NCBI GenBank assembly: GCA_964642045.1
Contig: CAZXLZ010000001.1
Location: 1-50,904 of the forward strand
DNA: 50,904 bases
Source of the DNA: an uncultured Clostridiaceae bacterium
Lineage (GTDB): Bacteria > Bacillota > Clostridia > TANB77 > CAG-465
Direction: 5' to 3'
The position numbers and the translations under genes are program-made. The notes below the pieces were generated by a model. That model saw only the letters and a program-made list of their open reading frames with translations. It searched no databases and was not told the origin of the DNA. Positions 38,844 to 47,252 of the stretch are shown one piece after another; positions within the stretch are counted from its first letter, which is position 1, and the number at the start of each line of letters is the position of its first letter.

Positions 38844-39575
38844 ATGATTAAAGAAAATTATAGATTTATAGCTAAAAGGGGGCTTCATTCTAGAAACGAA
38901 AACATTCCTGAAAATTCTATTGGTGCTTTTGAAAATGCTATAAAAAATGGTTTTGCCGTGCATTTTGAAGTGCAGCTTACTTTAGATAATGAAGCTATAG
39001 TATTTGGTGATGAAAATTTTACTAGACTATGTAGTTTGGATTTATCTCCTCTGCACTGTCCAGTAGAAGAAGCTTGTAGGTTAATGCTTAAAGGAACTGA
39101 GTATAAGATTCCTACTTTAAAAAAGCTATTGGAAGCTATAAATGGAAAAGTTCCAATACTTATAGAAATAATAAATAATGATAATGAAGTTGGAATATTA
39201 GAGAAAAGAGTTGCACATTGTCTTGAAGACTATCATGGAGTAGTTATGATTGCATCTAAAGATCCTATGACAGTATTATGGTTTAAAAATAATGCTCCTG
39301 ATATAACTAGAGGTCAAATTGTAGATGAAGATGAAATAAATAAAAATTCAAACTTTTTAAAGAAAACAATTTTAAAAACTCCAATTCTTAATTTTGAAAG
39401 TAATCCTCAGTTTATAATGTATGATATTAACAAATTAAAAGAATCATATGCTGATGACTTACATAAAAAAGGTCTTGAACTTATTGGATATACTGCTGTG
39501 TCAGAAGAAACTCTAAAAAAAGCAAGAGATCTTTGTGATGGAGTAATTTTTGAAGAAGTAACTATAGAGGATTAA
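38844..39575 (+). CDS. Glycerophosphodiester phosphodiesterase family protein
   Basis: IAKRGLHSRNENIPENSIGAFENAI...FEVQLT matches the GDPD HR...ENT...E.D pattern. The ATG at 38844 follows GGAGG. Confidence 0.8.
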   Translation: MIKENYRFIAKRGLHSRNENIPENSIGAFENAIKNGFAVHFEVQLTLDNEAIVFGDENFTRLCSLDLSPLHCPVEEACRLMLKGTEYKIPTLKKLLEAINGKVPILIEIINNDNEVGILEKRVAHCLEDYHGVVMIASKDPMTVLWFKNNAPDITRGQIVDEDEINKNSNFLKKTILKTPILNFESNPQFIMYDINKLKESYADDLHKKGLELIGYTAVSEETLKKARDLCDGVIFEEVTIED

Positions 39576-39665
39576 AATAACATAAATAATAACCCATATA
39601 GGTTAATTATACTTTCTAAAATTTAGCTTAGTACAATATACCTATATGGGTTACTTTTAACAAAT

Positions 39666-40334
39666 TTACCTACGTATCATCAATCTTTCTTGTGTTTCTT
39701 TAATCTTCTTTTTCAATTCAAGTAAAAACTCATAAAACTCTTTGTCTGAATCGCTCCAAGAAATAAATGTTTTATTGTTTTTGTCTTTATTGTAAAAATC
39801 AAAATGCATTTCAACAGGCATTCCTACATGAATCTTTTCTTTATCTTTGTCTAAAGAAGATGAACTTACAGCCTCTTTTTCACATTTTATGCTATATTTT
39901 GCGGATATAGCATATGACCATCTAGCAAAATTGCTCTTAAATGCAATTGAAAGAGCATAACTAGGTATATTTATAAAAAATACCGGAAGCTCATAACCTT
40001 TACATACATGGCCGCCACATATCTTGACCCTTGGAAGTGCCCTAAAAAGATCATCCTCAAAACAAACAGCATCGTAATAGAAAATATCAATAATGCTCTG
40101 TGCGAACATAAACTGCTCAAACTTCTTTTGTTCATATTTTGGGCCATCAAACTTCACATTTGAAGCTAACAAATAACTAATGACATCTGCGGCATAGGAT
40201 TTAGAAAAATGGTTCTGAAATTTTTCAAGCACTTCTGGATCTGTTTCATAGCTTGGAATAAACTTTGTATAACAAAAATCGCGGGTTCCCCTAAGTGCAT
40301 AAATAACGCTGCAATTTGCTTTAAGTTTTTCCAT
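39666..40334 (-). CDS. Paralog A of an unknown four-member family
   Basis: 222 aa, GGAGGA RBS. It shares KANCSV, SYETD, QFMFAQSIIDIFYYD, LPVF and FYEFLL blocks with 41526-42185. Confidence 0.7.
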   Translation of the reverse strand: MEKLKANCSVIYALRGTRDFCYTKFIPSYETDPEVLEKFQNHFSKSYAADVISYLLASNVKFDGPKYEQKKFEQFMFAQSIIDIFYYDAVCFEDDLFRALPRVKICGGHVCKGYELPVFFINIPSYALSIAFKSNFARWSYAISAKYSIKCEKEAVSSSSLDKDKEKIHVGMPVEMHFDFYNKDKNNKTFISWSDSDKEFYEFLLELKKKIKETQERLMIRR

Positions 40335-40370
40335 TATGTAATTCCTCCAAAAAAATTTCTGTTATTTGTT

Positions 40371-41018
40371 TTAAGACCTTTTTTTCTCTTCCTCATTAAT
40401 TTGATCCCTTATCTTAAGAAGTATATCATAGAACTCACTATCAGATGAAATTCTTGTGATAAATCTCGCATTCCATTTATCATATGAATCGCACTGATCC
40501 TTTACCCATTTTGGAAAGCCTTCTACGAGTCTTTCTCTATCATTAAGCTCATCTTCAGAGCTAAATACTCCGAGATTATCAATGGGTATTTCAGAACATA
40601 TTGCTACTACCCATTCATTGAAATCATGCTTAAAAGTAAGAACAAGTCCATATTCTGGCATATCTACACAGAAAACAGGAAGAATATAACCTTTACTGTT
40701 ATGGGAGCTGCATATTTCAACTCTCGGTATATCATCATACAAGTAATTTTCCTGCCAGTAGAATATATCTACCACCATTTGTGCAAATACACACCGGCCA
40801 AGCTTCATATTATCACAATATATTGCTTTACGTGTTGCCTCGAACATTCCTATCGTAAGATAGCTCATCAAATCGGCAGTACCATTGATGTTACACTGAT
40901 TAAAGAGCTCCATAACGCTTTCGTCCGTTTCATAGCTTTCTACATAATCCCTCTTGTCAAATTCAGGGAAGCTCTTAATGACACTAAGAACGCTGCAATT
41001 TGCTTTAAGTTTTTCCAT
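40371..41018 (-). CDS. Paralog B of the unknown family
   Basis: 215 aa, GGAGGA RBS. It shares long identical runs with 42224-42892. Confidence 0.7.
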   Translation of the reverse strand: MEKLKANCSVLSVIKSFPEFDKRDYVESYETDESVMELFNQCNINGTADLMSYLTIGMFEATRKAIYCDNMKLGRCVFAQMVVDIFYWQENYLYDDIPRVEICSSHNSKGYILPVFCVDMPEYGLVLTFKHDFNEWVVAICSEIPIDNLGVFSSEDELNDRERLVEGFPKWVKDQCDSYDKWNARFITRISSDSEFYDILLKIRDQINEEEKKRS

Positions 41019-41164
41019 TTGTAAATTCCTCCATGTTTAAAAAGATTTTTAGTTAGAAATCATCTTCTAAAGTTTACGTAAGTATTATATCATAATTATT
41101 GTAAAAAGTAAAGTAAGATATAAAAATACCTCTACAAATTCAAATATTTGTAGGGGTATTTTAA

Positions 41165-41375
41165 TTATTTTTTATTTAGATAAGTCTCTAGAATATACAT
41201 TGCAGCAAATCTATCTGCATAAGTATTCTTTTTGACTAATACTCAGCTCTTCCATCATTTTATAGCTACTAACATTGGTTAATCTTTCATCTGCTCTTAT
41301 ACTTTCCAAACTATTTTTTCAAGCTCTGAATTAAGGTATCTATTTTTTTGAAATTCTTCTATCCATTGTTGCTTC
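41165..41375 (-). pseudogene. Degraded copy of the ruvX 3' end
   Basis: Near-identical to 43037-43262 at the nucleotide level, but with indels and no open frame. Confidence 0.75.
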
Positions 41376-41400
41376 AGAAAATGCAATAAAAAATATTTTT

Positions 41401-41463
41401 TCTAAAAAAGCAAGATATCTTTACTACGGAGTAATTTTTGGGGAAATAACTATAGAGGATTAA
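41401..41463 (+). pseudogene. Copy of the last ~60 nt of the GDPD gene
   Basis: TCTAAAAAAGCAAGATATCTTTACTACGGAGTAATTTTTGGGGAAATAACTATAGAGGATTAA compares with 39512-39575, TCTAAAAAAAGCAAGAGATCTTTGTGATGGAGTAATTTTTGAAGAAGTAACTATAGAGGATTAA. Confidence 0.75.
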
Positions 41464-41525
41464 ATGATTATATAAGAAATATCCCACACAAGCTAATACA
41501 CTTGTATGGGACATTTTTTAGCAAA

Positions 41526-42185
41526 TTAAAAAAGTAAAAGTACTTTCCTAAGCTGAGTTTTTACTCTAAGTAAAAACTCATAAAAATCTTTTTCCGTCTC
41601 ACTATAAGAAATAAACTTTTTATTGTTTTTCTCCTCATCATAAATGGAAAAATGCATACTTTCAGGCATTCCTATTTGTATCACCTTCCTTTTATAATAA
41701 TATAACCATTCAGAATTTTCTTTGCTCAGCTTATCTAAGTAAAGATCATTAATGCTATTTTCTGAATCAATAGCAAAAAACCAGTGATAAAAATCATTCT
41801 TAAACACAATTTTGAGTTTATACTCAGGCATATCTATACAAAACACTGGAAGTACATTATGTTCAGCTGAATAAGTGCCGCATATTTCAAGTGTTGGAAG
41901 TTCTATGCACAAGTCATAATAGAAAATATCAATAATGCTACGTGCAAACATGAACTGTTTAAGTTTGCTTTGAATCATATCTGTACCATCAAACTTCAAA
42001 TCTTCTGAAACTATTAAATAACTAATTGCATCTGAGCCAACAGTTGTAGAAAGTTTGGTTTCCATTTTTTCCAAGACTTCACGATCAGTTTCGTAGCTTT
42101 CGATAAAATCATCAAAACCAAATCTAAAATCAGGAATATTCTTAAGCACGTTAAGAACGCTACAATTTGCTTTAAACTTTTTCAT
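41526..42185 (-). CDS. Paralog C of the unknown family (A-type)
   Basis: The start at MKKFKANCSV follows GGAGGA; the longer ORF start lies in the RBS. Confidence 0.7.
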   Translation of the reverse strand: MKKFKANCSVLNVLKNIPDFRFGFDDFIESYETDREVLEKMETKLSTTVGSDAISYLIVSEDLKFDGTDMIQSKLKQFMFARSIIDIFYYDLCIELPTLEICGTYSAEHNVLPVFCIDMPEYKLKIVFKNDFYHWFFAIDSENSINDLYLDKLSKENSEWLYYYKRKVIQIGMPESMHFSIYDEEKNNKKFISYSETEKDFYEFLLRVKTQLRKVLLLF

Positions 42186-42223
42186 ATGTAATTCCTCCAC
42201 AAAAAAGATTGCTGTTATTTGTT

Positions 42224-42892
42224 TTAAGACCTTTTTTTATTTTTATTAATCTGATCCCTTATCTTAAGAAGCATATCATAGAACTCCCTATCAGATGAAA
42301 TTATTGTGATAAATCTATCATTATCTATGATACTCTTATTACATTTATCGTATGAACTGTAATATATCTTCACCCCACTCGGAAATCCCTCTAAGAGTCC
42401 TTCTCTATCATTAAGCTCCTCTTCAGAGCTAAATACACCGAAATTATCAATGGGTATATCAGAACGTATTGCTACTACCCATTCATTGAAATCATTCTTG
42501 AAAGTAAGATTAAGTCCATATTCTGACATACCTACATAGAAAACAGGAAGGATATAGCCTTTACTGTTATGATAGCCGCATATTTCTACTCTCGGTATAT
42601 CATCATACGAATAATTTTTCTGCCAGTTGAATATGTCTACCACCATTTGTGCAAATACACACCGGCTAAGCTTCATCTTATCATAAGATGTAGCTTTAAG
42701 TGTTTCCTCGAACATTCCTATCGTAAGATGGCTCATCAAATCGGCAGTATCATTGATGTTACACTTACACTGATTAAAGAGCTCCATAACGCTTTCGTCC
42801 GTTTCATAGCTTTCTACGTAATCCCTCTTGTCAAATTCAGGGAAGTTCTTAATGACATTAAGAACGCTGCAATTGGCTTTAAGTTTTTCCAT
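42224..42892 (-). CDS. Paralog D of the unknown family (B-type)
   Basis: The start at MEKLKANCSV follows GGAGGA. Closely related to 40371-41018. Confidence 0.7.
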   Translation of the reverse strand: MEKLKANCSVLNVIKNFPEFDKRDYVESYETDESVMELFNQCKCNINDTADLMSHLTIGMFEETLKATSYDKMKLSRCVFAQMVVDIFNWQKNYSYDDIPRVEICGYHNSKGYILPVFYVGMSEYGLNLTFKNDFNEWVVAIRSDIPIDNFGVFSSEEELNDREGLLEGFPSGVKIYYSSYDKCNKSIIDNDRFITIISSDREFYDMLLKIRDQINKNKKRS

Positions 42893-43036
42893 GTGAAAAT
42901 CCTCCATGTTTAAAAAGATTTTTAGTTAGAAATCAATTTCTAAATTTTACGTAAGTATTGTATCATAATTATTATCAAATGTAAAGTAAGATATAAAAAT
43001 ACCTCTACAAAATAAGCATTTGCAGGGGTATTTTAA

Positions 43037-43447
43037 TTATTTTTTATTTAGATAAGTCTCTAAAATATACATTGCAGCAAATCTATCTGCATAAGTATTC
43101 TTTTCTTTTTGACTAATACTCAGCTCTTTCATCATTTTATAACTACTAACAGTAGTTAATCTTTCATCTACTTTAGTTACTTTATGAACTATTTTTTCAA
43201 GCTCTGGAATTAGTAAATCTATTTTCTTAGACTTTTCTGACAGACTTCCATCCATATTTTTAGGATAGCCAATCACAATCTCTTCAACATCATAATCTTT
43301 TGCTACCCTTTTTATACCTGAAATGAAATTCTTATCACTTCTATTTATAACTAAATTTTCTAGACCATTTGCAACTATTTTTAAAGGGTCACTAACAGCA
43401 AGACCTACCCTTACGTCGCCATAGTCTATAGCTAAAATTCTTCCCAT
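43037..43447 (-). CDS. ruvX: Holliday junction resolvase-like protein RuvX (YqgF)
   Basis: ILAIDYGDVRVGLAVSD N-terminus, 136 aa. Confidence 0.85.
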   Translation of the reverse strand: MGRILAIDYGDVRVGLAVSDPLKIVANGLENLVINRSDKNFISGIKRVAKDYDVEEIVIGYPKNMDGSLSEKSKKIDLLIPELEKIVHKVTKVDERLTTVSSYKMMKELSISQKEKNTYADRFAAMYILETYLNKK

Positions 43448-43448
43448 A

Positions 43449-43694
43449 TTATAATTCCAAATACTTCTTAATCATTTCTTCTAAAAGATCATCTCTTTCT
43501 ATTTTACATATCAAAGCTCTTGCATCTTTATGAGAAGTAATATATGTAGGATCACCTGACATTATATAACCAATTATTTGACTTATTGGCTCATATCCTT
43601 TGTCCTTTAATGCATCTACTACTTGTAGCATTATATCCTTTACTCTTTTCGATTCCTCTTTTTGTGGTTTAAAAATCGCTGTATCTTGATTCAT
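43449..43694 (-). CDS. IreB family regulatory phosphoprotein (UPF0297)
   Basis: 81 aa with GYEPISQIIGYIMSGDPTYITSHKDAR. It sits directly upstream of ruvX, as in many Firmicutes. Confidence 0.8.
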   Translation of the reverse strand: MNQDTAIFKPQKEESKRVKDIMLQVVDALKDKGYEPISQIIGYIMSGDPTYITSHKDARALICKIERDDLLEEMIKKYLEL

Positions 43695-43747
43695 ACTTAA
43701 ACACGCTCCTTTTTTATATTATATCATAGTTTAAGACTAAATTTCCA

Positions 43748-44812
43748 CTATATTATCTTTATTGTATCAATATCTTTCATATTTTCCACATAATCCACCA
43801 TTTTCTGAATCTGTTTTTCCAAGTTACTTTGCTTCTTAAATGTAGACATTACAATTTGAATATCTAATGTAACAAACGTGTTATCTACTTTTTCGATCGC
43901 ATTAGATTTAATATTTGCAAGCATTCTTTCAATATTTGAATGAATAGTTTCAGCTGTAGAATTAGGATAAATTATTACAAACTTAGCTCCACTATATCTT
44001 ACACTGATTGTTTCATTACCTACAAGTTCCTTCATAACATTTATAGCTTTTAGTAAAATTCTATCTCCTATTTCTCTTGAATATGTATTATTTATATCAG
44101 CTAGATTCCTAAATTGTAAAAATACTAATGTGTTATTTTCATAATCTGCAACTTTCTTTTTTGCTTTTGAGTATAGAAAAATATTGTTATAAAAGCCTGT
44201 TTGTTTATCAGTATTTTCAGCTGCTTCAATCATATTTTGATATAAGGTGTTTTCTAAAAATACACCCATATTATTTTTAAGTTTTGCAACTTCATTTTTT
44301 GACATATTATCAAAAGCATTTTCTACTTCATCTTCAATAATCCAATATCCAAGATATGTATTGTTGTGATATATAGGTGAAAACATACAAGATTTAATAT
44401 TTCTTTCTATTGCAGTTTTATAACCTAAATTTTTATCCGCAGAAGTTGTAATATACTTTGATACATTCTTCCCTACATTAGCTCTAAATTCACTTGCATC
44501 TGCAAGAGTAGCTAAGGCTTCTCCAAAATCAGTTTCTATATTTGTAGCTTCAACATTATAGTTATTACCATCAAATGTTACAATAGTTGAATATTTTGGG
44601 CTATACGTATCTATTATTATCTTATTTAGTTCTTTTATCTTATTTTCTGCAGGTATAGTTGCTCCCATAATTTCAAACATACTTTGAATAACTCTCATTG
44701 CTGACAAGTTCTTTGATACAACTTTATAATATTTTATATCATTGTTCATTTTTAGGAGCACTATCATTAAAAATGCTATTATTAATAGCAAAATTATCAT
44801 AATTGTTATCAT
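43748..44812 (-). CDS. Membrane-anchored protein with a degenerate GGDEF domain
   Basis: N-terminal TM and a central sensor-like region. The C-terminal part reads DKQTGFYNN...FRNLADINNTYSREIGDRILL...RYSGAKFVII, which is colinear with D.LTGL.NR...D.D.FK.IND.YGH..GD..L...R.GGDEF. The signature is replaced by SGAKF. Confidence 0.6.
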   Translation of the reverse strand: MITIMIILLLIIAFLMIVLLKMNNDIKYYKVVSKNLSAMRVIQSMFEIMGATIPAENKIKELNKIIIDTYSPKYSTIVTFDGNNYNVEATNIETDFGEALATLADASEFRANVGKNVSKYITTSADKNLGYKTAIERNIKSCMFSPIYHNNTYLGYWIIEDEVENAFDNMSKNEVAKLKNNMGVFLENTLYQNMIEAAENTDKQTGFYNNIFLYSKAKKKVADYENNTLVFLQFRNLADINNTYSREIGDRILLKAINVMKELVGNETISVRYSGAKFVIIYPNSTAETIHSNIERMLANIKSNAIEKVDNTFVTLDIQIVMSTFKKQSNLEKQIQKMVDYVENMKDIDTIKII

Positions 44813-44825
44813 ATAATTCTCCTTA

Positions 44826-46580
44826 TTAATCTACTTCTTTTTCTAAAGTTTCTTCCGCTTTTTCTTCTGAAAAATACTTTTCATCAACTTTCTTTGAATT
44901 AAGTAATCTATCAAATAGACCTGGTCCCTTCTTTTCTTTTTTATGCTCTTTTTCTTGCTTTTTATCAAATGCATTACCAATAGGATATATAGCATTTATA
45001 AGTTTATTTAGAGCAGTTTTAAAATCATCAGTAAAACTTGAAAATACATTTGTATACTTAAATACCATCTCTACATATTTTCTATAATTATCTTCATGAA
45101 AAGGTATTACAAAATACGATATATTTCCGTTTGTAAATATTTCATCATAAGTCTTTAGATCATAACTAGTATATGTAGCAATTCCTTCTAATATATCTTT
45201 AACTGTAAGAGCACACTTCATATGTTTATTTATTATAATACGGATCTTACTCATTGGAAGACCTCTATTTTTAAGTTCTCTTAAGAAAACTGTAAGCTGA
45301 CTTACATTTAAAACATCCATATCCTGAACTACATATATTTCTTGACAAAGTCTAAAGTAGTCCATTGGTGTTGTAAAATCAGCATCTATAAGTATTACAG
45401 TATTACTTTCCATAACAGTTTCAATAAGTCTTCCAGCATTATATGATTTTCTATCTTCACCTGGCATAGAAGTATATATGCTTAATGCATCATAATTTAA
45501 TGGTTCATTCATACCTTTTGATGCATATTTCAAACTTTCTGCTGCTATATTTCTTTTACCTTCATTATCATATGTATATATAGTATATGAATCTCTTTTT
45601 CTAGTCAAATCTACAATAGCAGTCTTTATATTCTTCTTAGCAAGATGGGTTGCTACAGCATTTATACAAAAAGTTGTACCAGATTTTGGAGCTCCAACAA
45701 AACATATTACTTTTTTATAATCCTTTGGGACCTCATATACTGACTGATATACCTCTTTTTCCATTACTTCAGTTACAACAGGCGCTTGATGATTTACTTC
45801 TTTTAATACGATTTTTTCTATAATCTCCGGAGCTTTTTTTATCTCCATTACGTTATCAGAATTTTGAAGAACCTCTTCTTTCTTTTCTACTTTTACTTCT
45901 GGTTCTGCACCAGCTATAGAAATTATTTGTTTATATTTTTCATTATTGAAAGATAAATACTGCTTTACATCAGCAGGTAAAAATCGAATTACAATTTTTA
46001 ATTGTTCATCCGTATATTGTGATGCAACTCTATCAAATATTTCATTGTATTTGTCTGCTACACCATTTAAATTTCTGAAATATGAAACTATCCTTTGAAG
46101 TTCTATTTCAGAAACTTGCACACTTCTATATACACTTTGTCCAACTTTATCTTCATAATATTTCTTTACATCTTTTTTTAGTAATAATGTATTAATTATA
46201 GAGCAAACTTTTCCTTTTGTCCTATCTTGTCCAGTAAGTACTGAATAAATTCCAAGATTAAATAACTTAGATAAAAATTCATCTCCTAGTTTCCTTTTAT
46301 CTGAAGCTATAAATATAATTTTCTTTGAATCAAAAACATCGGTTAAATTATCTATATTTGTAAATAAATAATCATCAATCTGTGCTGAATTAGTTGTAGG
46401 AAATTTTTCAAGTTCCTCTAAAACAACTACTCTATCATAATCTGCCATTTCTACTTCTTGCAGTAGTTGTTTAAAGTAATACACATTTTTATACTCAATC
46501 TTCTCTTTATATTTTTCTTCATAGAAAGTAACTATTCCCTTTACAGTATTATCATTGTTAATCCCAAATAAAACTTTCAT
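44826..46580 (-). CDS. ParA/MinD/CpaE-like P-loop protein with an N-terminal receiver-like domain
   Basis: 584 aa. The C-terminal part has ICFVGAPKSGTTFCINAV...VILIDADF, a ParA-like layout in which the P-loop lacks the canonical GK(S/T) lysine. The N-terminal ~120 aa have a flavodoxin/REC-like alternation. Confidence 0.45.
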   Translation of the reverse strand: MKVLFGINNDNTVKGIVTFYEEKYKEKIEYKNVYYFKQLLQEVEMADYDRVVVLEELEKFPTTNSAQIDDYLFTNIDNLTDVFDSKKIIFIASDKRKLGDEFLSKLFNLGIYSVLTGQDRTKGKVCSIINTLLLKKDVKKYYEDKVGQSVYRSVQVSEIELQRIVSYFRNLNGVADKYNEIFDRVASQYTDEQLKIVIRFLPADVKQYLSFNNEKYKQIISIAGAEPEVKVEKKEEVLQNSDNVMEIKKAPEIIEKIVLKEVNHQAPVVTEVMEKEVYQSVYEVPKDYKKVICFVGAPKSGTTFCINAVATHLAKKNIKTAIVDLTRKRDSYTIYTYDNEGKRNIAAESLKYASKGMNEPLNYDALSIYTSMPGEDRKSYNAGRLIETVMESNTVILIDADFTTPMDYFRLCQEIYVVQDMDVLNVSQLTVFLRELKNRGLPMSKIRIIINKHMKCALTVKDILEGIATYTSYDLKTYDEIFTNGNISYFVIPFHEDNYRKYVEMVFKYTNVFSSFTDDFKTALNKLINAIYPIGNAFDKKQEKEHKKEKKGPGLFDRLLNSKKVDEKYFSEEKAEETLEKEVD

Positions 46581-46601
46581 ATATTCAAACCTCTCTTTAG
46601 T

Positions 46602-46925
46602 TTATAATGTTATGAATGCGTAAAAAAGTGGTAATGCTTGTATAATTGCCATAAATATTGCAACACCTACAATAAGCCTTTGACCTGTTATCTTATGCTC
46701 TAACATTTCTGAACCTATTACATAATACTCATACATAGCATAAATAAATATAATAGTCATAACTGGCCATGAATATCTCTGCATTATAACAAGCACTTTT
46801 AAAAATGAATCATAAACCTTATCATTTGTTGATACTTCTATATTTTCTCCAAATACAAAACCTGAAGTCACTGCAAGTAAAATAGCAACTATAATTGCTA
46901 TTATTGTAACCTTTTTATAAACCAT
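46602..46925 (-). CDS. Small membrane protein (107 aa, 3 TM)
   Basis: The start at MVYKKVTI follows GGGGGAG. Hydrophobic throughout. Confidence 0.55.
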   Translation of the reverse strand: MVYKKVTIIAIIVAILLAVTSGFVFGENIEVSTNDKVYDSFLKVLVIMQRYSWPVMTIIFIYAMYEYYVIGSEMLEHKITGQRLIVGVAIFMAIIQALPLFYAFITL

Positions 46926-47027
46926 TATTCTCCCCCTGCCTAATTTCAAAAATAATTTTACACATATATTTTACTATAAATAAATATTATAAGCAAGATT
47001 TTTCCTTTTTTTATTGATATTTTTTTA

Positions 47028-47064
47028 ATAAAAAGAAAGGAAGCATATAAACTATGCTTCCTTT
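47028..47064 (-). terminator. Intrinsic terminator downstream of smc
   Basis: AAAGGAAGCATA (47036-47047) pairs with TATGCTTCCTTT (47053-47064). On the minus-strand RNA it is followed by CUUUUUAUU. Confidence 0.7.
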
Positions 47065-47252
47065 ACGCTATTTTGGTGTGAGTCAGCGTAACTCAAATAT
47101 CAAATGCTTTTGTTCCTAAAATAATTCCATATATTTTAATATCAAATTATCTTTCAGACAATGACTATTATAATCCTTATTCTACAGCATGTCAATAATT
47201 TTATAGTTTTTCGACAAAAGTAGACAAAACTAGCCACGCAATATTAAATTTA

